Shown here piece by piece: positions 25,987 through 37,788 of a stretch of 64,000 nucleotides of DNA. The notes under the pieces are model-generated. The model was given only the letters and a program-made list of their open reading frames with translations, searched no databases and was not told the origin of the DNA. Origin of the DNA: Nemertoderma westbladi (lineage: Eukaryota > Animalia > Xenacoelomorpha). The stretch is taken from assembly GCA_032718475.1 (NCBI GenBank), contig JAUCBJ010007869.1, forward strand, positions 1-64,000, given 5' to 3'. The position numbers and the translations under genes are program-made. The number at the start of each line of letters is the position of its first letter. Position 1 is the first letter of the stretch.

Positions 25987-26739
25987 GCTCCGGCCTCCGG
26001 CTCCGGCCATTTTGGCACCTCCGGCTCCTGCTCCGGCTCCGGTAAAAATATTGCCGGAGTTAATTTTTTACTAAAGTATTATATTTCGTGCATATTCTAA
26101 TCTGAACAATTATTTAACACTATAAGTACTGTAGTACAGCTTCAATATCAAGTATAATCTGATAATACTGCAGTATTTACTTAAAGTCAATGACTGACTG
26201 ACTGTACTGCAGTACTGGTACTGGCCAGCTGGCTGACTAGCAGACTGTTACAGATAGGCCCTACTTTAAAAAATTGTAAATGCTATGATTGTACACTGTC
26301 AGACTGTACCACTGCAGCCATTTACTGCTGTCATGCCAGCATACTGTACTGCAGTACTGGTACACGTACGGTAGGCTACCTACAGTACACACCTCTACCA
26401 CAGTCAGACAGTTAGCGAGTTAGGTACTGTACGTAATTTCTAGCCGTCAGCGTCAGGCCGTCGCCGTCAGCATTAGGCCGTCAGCGTCAGGCCGTCTGTC
26501 CGTGATAAATTAATTACTTATATTTTAAATTGAAAATTCGTAAATCTATAAATTATGAAATTAATTAGACCTACAGTATGATTGATTATGAGCGATTGGC
26601 GAATGATAACCATACTTTATTTTTTTTTAAATAAATAATTAAATTTTTAAAATTTTTGAAAAACTCCGGCTCCGGCCAAATTGTCCAACTCCGGCTCCTG
26701 CTCCGGCTCCGGCCAAATCCCAACTCCGATCGAGCCCTA
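25987..26739 (-). mobile_element. Non-autonomous hAT-like fragment with GGAGCC subterminal repeats
   Basis: Minus-strand terminus TAGGGCTCGATCGGAG followed by CCGGAGCCGGAGC clusters (26664-26713 and 25987-26043). Confidence 0.5.
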
Positions 26740-26869
26740 CGGCAGACCGGCAAAAGGTACCTGTGAGTCGGTAGCGGTAGGCGAATATATTCCCCATATC
26801 GGTAATGACCTGAATCCGTACCAGTGGGGGCAATTTTTTTGTCGATTTTCCCTATGCCACTTATGCTTT

Positions 26870-27480
26870 TAATTACCATTGTGGCTATTTATCTATGCCT
26901 GTGGCGAAAGACTTATACTTTTATTTACCATTCTGGCTATTTATCTATGCCTGTGGCGAAAGACTTATACTTTTATTTACCATTCTGGCTATTTATCTAT
27001 GCCTGTGGAGAAAAACTTATACGTTTAAGTTTAATTACCATTCTGCTATTTATCTATGCCTGCCTGCCTGCGGGAAAGGAGCAAGTTACAGAGACGGGAT
27101 TTTCTAACCAAAACAATAAACGATAGCATTACCAATTGAGAGAAAGGAGCAGGTTACAGAGGCGGGATTTCCTAACCAAAACAATAAACGATCACTTAAT
27201 TAATTGAGGGAAAGGGGCAGGTTACAGAGGTGGGATTTCTAACCAAAACAATAAACAGTCACTTTACAAAATGAAGGAAAGGAGCAGGTTACAGAGGCGG
27301 GCCTTTTCTAACCAAAACAATAAACAGTCACTTTACAAAATGAAGGAAAGGAGCAGGTTACAGAGGCGGGCCTTTCTGCCTTTTCTAACCAAAACAATAA
27401 ACGGTCACTTTACCAAATCAGGCAAAGGAGCAGGTTACAGATTTTCTAACTACTGAACTACGCGGGATTTTCTAACCAAA
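26870..27480. repeat. Two adjacent minisatellites (~53-bp and ~61-bp units)
   Basis: Units contain TTACCATTCTGGCTATTTATCTATGCCTGTGG and GGAGCAGGTTACAG...AACCAAAACAATAAA. The second motif also occurs at ~11430 and ~44680. Confidence 0.8.
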
Positions 27481-28534
27481 AGCCGGTAGGCCTACCAGTC
27501 TGCCAGTACCGTATTTAAATGGTAGGCTACACCAGTACACAGTAGGCATACAGCAGTACCGGTGCCGGTACCGGTACGGAATGCTGTACAGCTACAGCAG
27601 TAATTACAGTAGACATACCCTCCATATCCATTGCACAATGTACTGGACATATGATTTAGGCCTATGTGTTGTGTGTAGTCCACCTCAGGCAGTCAGGACT
27701 GCACAGGAGAAGTGCGTACTTCATGAAAAATATACATTGGGACAATATTTTTTCTCACGTGCTGCACGAAGGGAAAAACTATCTCTCATGACAAATTTTT
27801 TTAACATCATTAAGTACCTATGCTGGACTGTCTGTATATCGAATTTCAGTTATATTTAATGAAAATTGAGTAAATGTCGCTCATTTTAAAATTAGATTTT
27901 TTACAAAAAATATAAGAACTCTTGAGTTTGTAACGTGCTGCGCGAAGCGGTATTAGCAATAAATTGAAATTTTTGTTTTCCAAGTTGGTCACTATAGGTT
28001 GAACAAAGCCTGTTAAAATTTTAGGAGCGTTCTGATAAAAAATGTTGACAGGGGAGAGGAGATTATCACTGGTACGGATTCAGGATAGAGCCCCCATATC
28101 CAGTCTATAGGACGGGTGCTTAGATCGTGCGTTTCCACCAGTTAACATTCTTCGATTTTGAATAAAACAAGTGATGTGGTTGGAGAAACCTGCTAGGCAG
28201 CTAGGGGCTGCTACTAATCAGCAACCAATCACGGAGTTTAACACAGAGTCAATGAGAATGGAATATTGCTAACTTAAAAAAGTTCAGGTTACCATTATTC
28301 CAAAGTAATCAGATAGGATAGGCTTATTACAGTAATTAAGCTGCTAGTGTTAGTCAGTTAGTAATCGAGTAAGCCATATAATATTAGCCTATAGTACAAT
28401 ACCAGGCATGATAAATAATATCGATAATATCGATTGAGTTCATTGATAATATCAATGAACTCAACCAGCAGTCACTGACTCACTATGAGTGAGAAGATTG
28501 ACAGTTTTGACATATAACCTGTCTTTGGACAGTT

Positions 28535-30180
28535 GAATGGGTTTTACAAACTGGATTCTTGCAAATATCACAGTATATTATCAAATATCAAATTTAGGAC
28601 TGAGTTACGGGAATCCTCATATCCAACCTTATCTAGAAGGAGAAATCCGTTTAGAGCAGCGATGTCAATCATGTTCATAAATATGACAACAGGCCAACGA
28701 TTGGTCTTTCGTTTGCACGTGAAGTGGCTAATCCTCTCATCCACAATGTCGATGCCATACTTAGTCATATTGTAATCTTAAACAACCTTAGGTGCCTTCT
28801 TACCATTATCATCAACGTCAAATCTATTATGGCTGCTACTTAGCAAATTTACTATCTTGTTTTTTGGGCTTTGTTTGAGCACAAGAGTACGTTGAACTCG
28901 TTGTTGTAGGCGAACATGCTAGAATTTAATTCACGACCTTTCAACTTATTGGGCTCAGCAGGTATCTCACATCGGTTTGCCTTCATAGTTCCAAGAAGCG
29001 TCATGTCTACCTTCTTCAGACGCTGTGCGAGCTCAAGCGAGGTGAAATAATTTGTCTGTCAGTCTGTTGTGATGTTTCTGCCAGTGCCATGGTAGGGGAT
29101 AGTTAATAACATCACAACGTCAGTGGCTAAGCCCACATGGACTGAGTCTCCCTCCTTACCCCCATAAATGAATCCTCGCAATGCAAATCCGGAAGAAGCT
29201 TCACATAACCAGAAGATCTTAGTGCCGAATTTCTTTGGTTTTTGTGGCATATAAGCCCTCCCTGGAACTCGACCTCTAAATCCAAGTAATTGCTCATCAA
29301 CAGTAAGATGAGCTTCTGGGATGATATGTTTTTTCAGTTGTTCTTAGAGCATTTCCCAAACCTCTCTAATGGCCGCAAATTTATCGTTATCTGCCAATTT
29401 CCTCTGATCTCGGGTTGATTTGTCATCGAAACGGTGGCACTCCAGTAACAGGTAGAATCGGCTTATAGCCATGGCTGCCTTAAAAAACGGTGGGCCATGA
29501 ATTGGGTGCCACAAATCTGTAACTGTTTGGTGACAATCCAATGTTTGGTGACAATGTATTTGGATACACCCGCCATGATCAGTATTCCTATACCAGCATT
29601 CATTTCACCAAATGAAAATTGTCCAAACTTGCGAGACTTTACCCTGGCTAGTATCTTTCCCTTTTTATTTGTCTGACGAAGAACAATGTATAAAATTTTC
29701 CTTGTCAAGAATTGCATGAAACCATCAATTTCCGATTTCGCTTTGTTCAAAACAGTTGCTGAAAATCGAATGACATCTGCTTGTTGCCGTCGAACTGGAG
29801 CAGGCTCTATATCTGAATAAACTGTTCCATCTTTTGATCGATATGTGGCATCATCAACAGCCATTATGGTTTCTTCATCAGAGGAATCTGATCCATATCC
29901 CGTGGTGTAGGCTGTCAGTAGGTTGTCACTTCCATCCGAATCCCCCGATTCCTCAGTAAGTTCATAGTCACTGTCACTCAAAACAGTCACAGAATCATCA
30001 TCAATGCTATTTGGGCCACCCTCACCAAGAGCTTCACAATCTCCATCATAATTGTCCTCTTCGTCTTCAAACATATCTAGATCTTCCTGATGCAAATTTC
30101 TCAGCTGTTGAGGCTGTTGTGACATTGATGATACCTGATACTCTATTTTATAACGGATTTGTTTCCAAATATAAATCACC
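28535..30180 (-). pseudogene. piggyBac-family transposase pseudogene
   Basis: Acidic N-terminus, DKFAAIREVW, TVDEQL, YMPQKPKKFGTKIFWLCEA, GRNITTD..NYFTS and RKTNRWP motifs; frameshifts and stops. Confidence 0.9.
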
Positions 30181-31346
30181 TTAGTGTGACTCGATATAGT
30201 TACGCTCCTGTAGAGTAATTCAATTGGCTACTCAACACAGCTCAGACGGTCAGACACCAGCAATATAGAGCTGCCCAGCTATCAGCCATCCCACTATATA
30301 TGGTAAAGTTTAGTGTAAAACGCACTCTTTATAGCATTAATTTGTGTTGTCTCTAGCCTTTTGCCCCAGCCAGCCAGCTAGTCTAGAGTAGGCCTACATG
30401 AAATATAATCAGTGAACAGATTTAGAGGAAAATTTAACTAGATTCATAAGGAATATTCATGACTACATTTGTAGTCTAAGTAGGCCTATGCAATAGAGGT
30501 AAAACCACGTTTTTTTCAGCGCTTCCTATTTAAATATTGTGTAAGGAATGGATTAAATGAAAGTTTGATATATATTGAACAGCAAGATGGCGTTTCTAGA
30601 TGTTGATGGTGTTTCGTATTTTGGACAACCTTCACCTATCAACATTTTCAACGGAAAGGTACAGAGGTACGGTGACTACAATCAGACAATTGTAGTCCTA
30701 ATATGCAAATTAGTGTTACACGTTTCAACGGATTGTTTCAGTATCTCACTCTCACATACGGTACTACGCAAAGGTCTTTTAAACGTTTCAATAGATTGAT
30801 TCAGTACCGAATGTGCTGCATAATGTGTTCTGAACATGTTCAAATTACCGGTACAACAGATTATTCAGTGTCATGCGCGAATCGGCGAATGCATTACATT
30901 AGGGCCTACAGCATTACCATTGTCATCCAGGTTTCATTTTCTTCATATTTTTTATTAAGTGGATTGACGAGTTAGTTGGGGGTGCTGGTCACCTCGCCGC
31001 ACTGCCACTTCGCCGCAGGTCACCTCGCCGCAGATAATGTGCGGCGAGGTGTCTTTGCGGCGAGGTGTCTCACTGTGAATGCCACTTCGCCGCAAATTAT
31101 CGGACACTTCGCCGCAAGTCAATATTAATCATTTATTTCTATATTTACACAGGGAAGCCTAGTTATGACAGTATGGCATTGGACAATATGTATTATGATA
31201 TAAAGGCATTTAATTTATCCAACGGATAAGTAAAATAAGTAGTTTATAAAATTAATACAGTAATAGGAAGCACATTATAGTAAAAGTAAATAAAATAGAT
31301 ATAAAATAGGGGGTTATTATTTAAATAAAATCGGGTATTGTAATAT

Positions 31347-34178
31347 TTATATTTGCTGAAGGTGGAATGCGAGGCTGAGGGTTGTGGGGCGAGCCACGTT
31401 GGTCAGCCCATTGCAGCCCATCGCATGGGCGGCAGTGGACGCCTGACCGCTGCATAGGCGGCAAATACATGCAGGGGTGGGCCGCCAGCATCTTGTTGAG
31501 CTGCAGAGTTTGTGATGGAAGCCGTTGGAAAGGAACTGCGCTCCCACCCTCCGCCGCTGGCCCGATAAATATTTGAGGTTGATACTGGAGTTGTCTCCAT
31601 TGTCAACCGCCTCAAGTATATTGGTTGTTGACGCGAATTTACTTAGACCGCACCAAAGTTTATAGTAGAATCCGCGGACTTTGATGACGTGGGGGAGCTG
31701 CAAAAGCTGCGCTCTGGAGAAATCGTGGAAAATCGAGCAACCGTATGTGGTGGCCGGAAAGACCACAAGGACCCAGAGTTTGTGAGCGGTTGCTATGGAA
31801 ACGGAACTCATATTGACTGTTGATGCTAACCGGATACAGGAGGCAATGCCCCGCTTGTGTAAATGAGTGTAATGACCAGCTGGCGAATTTTTCGTAGTCA
31901 GTACGACGCCAAGGTAATTGAACTTGTTCACAAATTCCAATTGCTGACCTTTATATATAAGTATGTCATTAGCTGATAGACTCCCACCCCGGCGAAATTT
32001 AATAACTTTTGTTTTTGCCAAATTGACTGTAAGGCCGTTTAAGTCGCAGTACTTTTCTAGGTTATTTAGGGCGAGTTGAACACTTTCTATAGATTCGCCG
32101 TAAATTGCTACATCGTCGGCGTATAAAATTATAAATACACCGATTCCGGCTATTACGGAGGGCAAATCGGCAATAAACAGGCTGAAAAGTAATGGAGACA
32201 GTTTGTCTCCCTGGATAACGCCGACCATTTGGCATATCGGGTCTGTAACGAACAGTCCAATGCAGATTCGAATGTAGTTAGTTGCTATCAGAGCCCATAG
32301 AGCGCAGATAAATGTTCGACTAACTCCAATGTCGGACAACTTTGTGCAAAGTCGCTCACGGTTTACGGTGTCGAAGGCCTTTGAAAAGTCTATAAAAACG
32401 CAGTATATATGACCACCAGGTGACGATAAAGCCGCGTCGATGTATAAGTATATGTGTTTTATAGCCATTAACGTTGACCTGCCAACACGGAAGCCGAATT
32501 GGGAATCAGGTAGTTTATTATTGAGTTCTGACCACGTGTATAACCGCTTAAATAGAATGGCGGTATATGTCTTTAGTAGACATGATAATAACGCTATTCC
32601 TCTGTATGAATCTGCTGATGCTTTTGATCCTTTGCCCTTGTATAGAGGTATAACATATGAGATTAGCCATGCAGTGGGGCAGGTTGCATAGGTGAAACAA
32701 ATGGTAAATATGTTTAAAATAAACGGGAGAAGAATGCCGATACCTGATTTCAGCGCTTCGCTAGTGATCCCGTCGGGGCCGGCAGCCTTTCGTGTTTTCT
32801 GGTTGTTTACAGCATCGGTGACCTCCGCCGCTGTGATGAGATCATCTAGAGAGGGATCTGGGTTGTCGGATAGTTGAGGCAGCTGGGGGGCTATATTGCG
32901 GGTGAACAAATTCGAGAAATGTGTAGACCAATTCTCCACTGGCACCTGCTGCGCAGCCATATTTTTCTTTGGGTTGACTATTTTCCAAAAGTCTTTTTGG
33001 TTTTCCTCACAACGGTGGATGAGTTTCAGTTCCTGTTGGGTCGAATGGAATATCTTTTTAGTTTTTAACAACGTTTTGTATTCCCGTTGTAACCGACTGT
33101 ATGCTGTGTAATCATCTGTATTGCGATTGTAGTTGTCTAAACGTTTCCGAGATTGTTTTAGATGCTGCTGTAATTGATAACATTCGTTATCGAACCAGGG
33201 TTTGGATTTTCGTATTGAACGCTTTTTACAGGAATTCTTTATTGCCTCAGTGATAAATTTACAGGATTCATCCACTCCTGAGTTCATTATATCCTGGTAG
33301 TTGTTGCCTGTATTTAGTAGACTTGACAGCTTGACAACATCTATTTGACGAGCAGGTGGTGCCTTCTCCTGTAGCATGCTACGAAATTTCCAGTTTAATT
33401 CGATGTGCATTCTTTGGTGTTTAGAGTTAATTGTAGGCAGAACCTTCACTTCTGTAGCATCCTTAAGGGATGGGCTAATAAAAGCCAAGTCGATGACACT
33501 TGAGCCGTTCCAACAAATATAGGTGGGAATATCAGGGTCATTGAGACAAAAAAGGTTTGCACCAAGGAGACTGTCACATAGTAGATCCCCTCGGGTGCTG
33601 TCTCCATCTAGTCGGCAATTAAAGTCACCCACTAGAATAATAGGGTGATTATCCTTGTCACGGATCGCGCGCATAATATAAATTAACTCCAATAGTATAT
33701 CGCCGACATCGGTACTTGGTTTGTAATATCCCAATAAAATGTGAAAATCCGAAAACGTTATGGCGATGGCCGAATCAGACTTGTATGCACATGAGTTAGT
33801 TAATGTTAAACCCATTTTAATGGCAATGGATAATCCACCAATAGGTCTACCGCGATCCTGGCGTTGACATGGGACATTGTGGCATGAATAACCAGAAATG
33901 TCTAGGTCGTCGGATAAAGTCTCTGTTAGGAGCAGAATATCCGTAGCTGTAAATGTGTCGTCCATGGTGCAGTCAATAGTAGATTCTGCACCTTCAACAT
34001 TCCACGCTATGAGCGACAGAGAGTTTGGAGATGCCTGCTGTGTGGATGGAAGTAGGTTAAATGGAAGCACGGCTAGAAGAAGTTGTGCATCAAAGATGTG
34101 GAAATGCGAACACTTAGTTTTATGCCTGGAAAGGCTTAGTGCATATCTGTATACTTTATTGCAGCCCTGACAGAACAT
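31347..34178 (-). CDS. Intact LINE ORF2 (APE endonuclease + reverse transcriptase, RTEX-like), 943 aa
   Basis: WNVEG, LTET, GDFN, KAAGPDG, YRGIAL, DFSKAFD, QGDKLSP and YADD motifs; N-terminal CxxC..H..C; C-terminal HHxxC...CxCxxC...HxxxC. Confidence 0.93.
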   Translation of the reverse strand: MFCQGCNKVYRYALSLSRHKTKCSHFHIFDAQLLLAVLPFNLLPSTQQASPNSLSLIAWNVEGAESTIDCTMDDTFTATDILLLTETLSDDLDISGYSCHNVPCQRQDRGRPIGGLSIAIKMGLTLTNSCAYKSDSAIAITFSDFHILLGYYKPSTDVGDILLELIYIMRAIRDKDNHPIILVGDFNCRLDGDSTRGDLLCDSLLGANLFCLNDPDIPTYICWNGSSVIDLAFISPSLKDATEVKVLPTINSKHQRMHIELNWKFRSMLQEKAPPARQIDVVKLSSLLNTGNNYQDIMNSGVDESCKFITEAIKNSCKKRSIRKSKPWFDNECYQLQQHLKQSRKRLDNYNRNTDDYTAYSRLQREYKTLLKTKKIFHSTQQELKLIHRCEENQKDFWKIVNPKKNMAAQQVPVENWSTHFSNLFTRNIAPQLPQLSDNPDPSLDDLITAAEVTDAVNNQKTRKAAGPDGITSEALKSGIGILLPFILNIFTICFTYATCPTAWLISYVIPLYKGKGSKASADSYRGIALLSCLLKTYTAILFKRLYTWSELNNKLPDSQFGFRVGRSTLMAIKHIYLYIDAALSSPGGHIYCVFIDFSKAFDTVNRERLCTKLSDIGVSRTFICALWALIATNYIRICIGLFVTDPICQMVGVIQGDKLSPLLFSLFIADLPSVIAGIGVFIILYADDVAIYGESIESVQLALNNLEKYCDLNGLTVNLAKTKVIKFRRGGSLSANDILIYKGQQLEFVNKFNYLGVVLTTKNSPAGHYTHLHKRGIASCIRLASTVNMSSVSIATAHKLWVLVVFPATTYGCSIFHDFSRAQLLQLPHVIKVRGFYYKLWCGLSKFASTTNILEAVDNGDNSSINLKYLSGQRRRVGAQFLSNGFHHKLCSSTRCWRPTPACICRLCSGQASTAAHAMGCNGLTNVARPTTLSLAFHLQQI

Positions 34179-34194
34179 ATGGTTGACAGCAGCT

Positions 34195-34742
34195 ACCGGA
34201 GTGGTCGTAGCGGCGGCCCCCGGGTTCGGGAGAGTCGTAGCAGCGGCCCCCGGGTTCGGGGGAGTCGTAGCGGCGGCCCCCGGGTTCGGGAGAGTCGTAG
34301 CGGCGGCCCCCGGGTTCGGGAGAGTCGTAGCGGCGGCCCCCGGATTCGGGAGAGTCGTAGCGGCGGCCCCCGGGTTCGGGGGAGTCGTAACGGCGGCCCC
34401 CGGGTTCGGGGGAGTCGTAACAGCGGCCCCCGGGTTCGAGAGAGTCGTAGCGGCGGCACCCGGGTTCGGGAGAGTCGTAGCGGCGGCCCCCAGGTTCGGG
34501 AGAGTCGTAGCGGCGGCCCCCAGGTTCGGGAGAGTCGTAGCGGTGTCCCCCAGGGTCGCAAGAGTCGTAGCGGCGGCCCCCCGGATCTGGAGTGACGTAG
34601 CGGCGGCCCCCGGGTTCGGGAGAGTCGTAGCGGCGGCCCCCGGGTTCGGGAGAGTCGTAGCGGCGGCTCCCGGGTTCGGGAAAGTCGTAGCGGCGGCCCC
34701 CGGGTTCGGAGTAGTCGTGGCGGCGGCCCCCGGGTTCGGAGG
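34195..34742. repeat. 30-bp GC-rich minisatellite (~18 copies) between LINE ORF1 and ORF2
   Basis: Unit GAGAGTCGTAGCGGCGGCCCCCGGGTTCGG. Confidence 0.95.
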
Positions 34743-34781
34743 AACATGAGTTTTGCTACGGAGGGGAATGCTAGATGATTG

Positions 34782-35720
34782 TCAGAACCGCTGGTCCGGA
34801 CGGGCGTTTCGGCGCTCTTCTTGAGTTATTTTAGGTAGTCGTTTGAGATTATCTCGCTCGCATTGATTAAGATGGTGTCTTTTTATCGTGGCTCCCCCAG
34901 GCCAACACATTGGGTGGTAGACTTCTTCCGAGGATTTTTCATTGGGGCAAACAATATGGAAATTATTAAAAGCTGGCGCTTCAGTCGCAACGTTCTCGGT
35001 TGGAGGTTGCTCCAGCTGGAAGACATGATCAACATCGATGTTCTTCTCTTGTAGGTGAGCTTTAATCATCTCTGTTGTTGTTGTTGGGCTAAGACGCCCA
35101 ACTCTGATGTGGAAACGCGGAGCGGCTCTCGCGACTGCCTGTAAGCCGGCGCTGGTTCCGGAACTGGCTCCAGTAGCTATAACCACGGTCCGGGCAGACG
35201 ACCTTCGTTTCCATGAGGGGTTATGCGTATTGGCTGCTGCCACGCGTGAGGGGGGCTCAGGGTGCTGGCCGCGGTTTTCGTCTGGAGGGTTATTGTTGGA
35301 GCTACCGGCAGCGGCTATGGGTCGTCCCTTATTCCGCCGGCATCGCCCACCGGCTGTCCACCCATCGGCATCCCGGGAGGCTGTAGCTGCGTATGTCGAT
35401 CCTACGGGACTAGGTGTAGTCGTAGGGGCTCGACCTCCCTGCGACGGTGGCTGCCGCTGTGTTTGTTCTCTTTGCGAAGTAATTTGAGCACTTTGCAGGT
35501 TTTTACATAGGATGATATCCTGTTTGGCTTGGACTGTTTCTTGTCTCGAATCTGCGAGACGACCCAATGACATCGTAAACAGCGAACCCATTTTAGTGAG
35601 GGAGTCAACAATGCATTTCTCTTCATCGATGCTCATACTCTTCTTCTGTTTTATTGCTCGGACTAAGGAGATAACCTCGTCCTGTAGATTTATGAATGCG
35701 TCAGCACTTTGTTCCATTAT
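34782..35720 (-). CDS. LINE ORF1 (coiled coil plus C-terminal RRM-like domain), ~311 aa
   Basis: Lies upstream of ORF2; [11 protein letters not shown]...FHIVC...[10 protein letters not shown] resembles LINE ORF1 C-termini. Confidence 0.75.
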   Translation of the reverse strand: MMEQSADAFINLQDEVISLVRAIKQKKSMSIDEEKCIVDSLTKMGSLFTMSLGRLADSRQETVQAKQDIILCKNLQSAQITSQREQTQRQPPSQGGRAPTTTPSPVGSTYAATASRDADGWTAGGRCRRNKGRPIAAAGSSNNNPPDENRGQHPEPPSRVAAANTHNPSWKRRSSARTVVIATGASSGTSAGLQAVARAAPRFHIRVGRLSPTTTTEMIKAHLQEKNIDVDHVFQLEQPPTENVATEAPAFNNFHIVCPNEKSSEEVYHPMCWPGGATIKRHHLNQCERDNLKRLPKITQEERRNARPDQRF

Positions 35721-37788
35721 GAAATAAAATCACAAGATAAATTTATTTTATATTAATGAAAACAAGAGTTACAAGGTTGTAGGAGAGAAATAGCTAGTAA
35801 TTAAAACAAAATTAAACCTTGAAATTTACTCTGAAAATTTAGTCACGAATTTAAATTTAAATTTAGTAAACTTCTCTATTAATATTGTATAAATAATTAA
35901 TATTCTAGAAATATACAATATACAATATTACATATTATAATACAATATGTATTATAAGAAGAAATAAAATAATACGGTCAGACGGTAAGTTCTACGGTTG
36001 TTCTATTATAATTACTGTATTATTATAGATACAGTAAGAGTACCGGTATTTGAGTAACGTATTAAAAATGCCTCGAGAATAGTGAAAAAAGTTATACTTT
36101 TTTCCCATGTAATAAATAATTATTTGTTGGAATTTCTAAAATTTGTCCTGGCGATTTGGTAGTGCGATATTAATTCCACACAAATAAATAAAATAGGTAT
36201 TGTAAGAAATTAAAAAAAAATTATAATATTTAATGCAATATTATTGATTATTATTAATGTCATTAATTTGAAATGTAATTCGACCATAATTTTGCTCTTA
36301 CAAAAAAAGTGACAAATATCAGTATATCGATCCACTAAGAACATTACATTTGTAATTAAGATTTAACATAAACATACAGTAGAGTAGGCCTATTACTGTA
36401 TTAACCTTATTACATTATTTTGCCTTACTTCCGTTTCCGTACTTAGTACATTGTACATGTACGTAAATAGTTATTGTTACAGTACATTATGCCAACTTAA
36501 CAGTGTTCTGGTGAATTACTCGTAACGCTGCAAAGTACCGTAATCAATGACATGGAAACAACTTCAATGACCGTATTCTGATCTGACCTCTATGTCAGTA
36601 TACTCATTATATGTCATTCATAGTCCTCTATGAATCTTTCTGACTGTATTTTACTATAATCTAATACGTAACTCAAATACTCTCACTGTATATCTATAAT
36701 AATACAGTAATTATAATAAAACAACAAACCTCCCCGTATTATTTTATTTAAATAAATGATTAATATTGACTTGCGGCGAGGTGTCCGATAATTTGCGGCG
36801 AAATGGCATTTATAGTGAGACACCTCGCCGCAAGACACCTCGCCGCACATTATCTGCGGCGAGATGACTTGCGGCGAAGTGGCAGTGCGGCGAGGTGACC
36901 AGCACCCGTTAGTTGGCAGTGCAGACTTCACTTCACATTCTGATAATATTTATTGACATTCTAGTTTTCGAAATATACTGTAGTTTTATATAGAAGAGTA
37001 GAATACCGGTATACAGTACACAGTCTGACAGTACAGCAGTCGGCAGTAGTAAATGACAGTTATGTACATTGACATCAACTGATCCGATCAACAGCATATC
37101 CCGATCGGGATATATTACCTTACTGCCTTAGGCTATACCGGTAAGGGTAAATCCCGATCGGGATATATTTATATATCCCGATCGGGATAGGGAACCCTAC
37201 TTTCTGTGTTAAACAGGATTAACGTGATTGGTTGCTGCTTAGTACTGAAGTCTGGTAGTAGCAGCTTTCTCCAACAACATTACTTGTTTTATACAAAATG
37301 GAATAAATGTTAACTGGAAAAGCCACGATCTAAGCACCAGTGCAGTGTCCAGTCTATAGGGCATAGGCCTACCGCAATACCGGCAGACCGGTACTTGTAC
37401 AGCTGTACGCTATAGGCCTACAGCCTGACGCTGACAGTACAGTGACAGCTGAAAACTGCTACTGGAATATACACTGACTGACTGATTACTGGATTACATG
37501 ACTGCCTGATCCTACCTGCTGACCTGCCTACAGTTCTATGTATGATGTACCTATGTGCGTACAGCTGTACAGTCCAACATACAGACATACACATCTACAT
37601 GCACCAACGCAACGGTACCGGTAGCGGTAGGCATAGGCAGATAGGCCTAATGCATGTAATGCAAATAATTCCTGACTGCTTGATTACAGCTAAATACTGA
37701 AATAAAGGTTGTTACCGTACTGGCAGACTGGTGTTGAGCACGGCGGTAATGTCTGAATGTAGGGACTGTCTAAAACCCGGGCTCTGCC

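Larger units (their letters stand above)
30980..36907. mobile_element. Mutator/MULE-type MITE with CGCCGCA-rich TIRs, hosting a LINE
   Basis: ~160-bp TIRs GGGTGCTGGTCACCTCGCCGCA... and a perfect 9-bp TSD GTTAGTTGG (30971-30979, 36908-36916). Confidence 0.88.
28117..37338. mobile_element. ~130-bp imperfect inverted repeats enclosing the piggyBac remnant, MULE-like MITE and LINE
   Basis: 28117-28246 (GGTGCTTAGATCGTG...CAGCAACCAATCACG...TTTAACACAG) is the reverse complement of 37203-37338. Confidence 0.65.

Noticed and set aside
28236-37212. TTAACACAG as piggyBac TTAA-flanked termini
   Set aside because: The match is part of a longer inverted repeat extending outward and identity stops immediately inward; true piggyBac TIRs were not identified.
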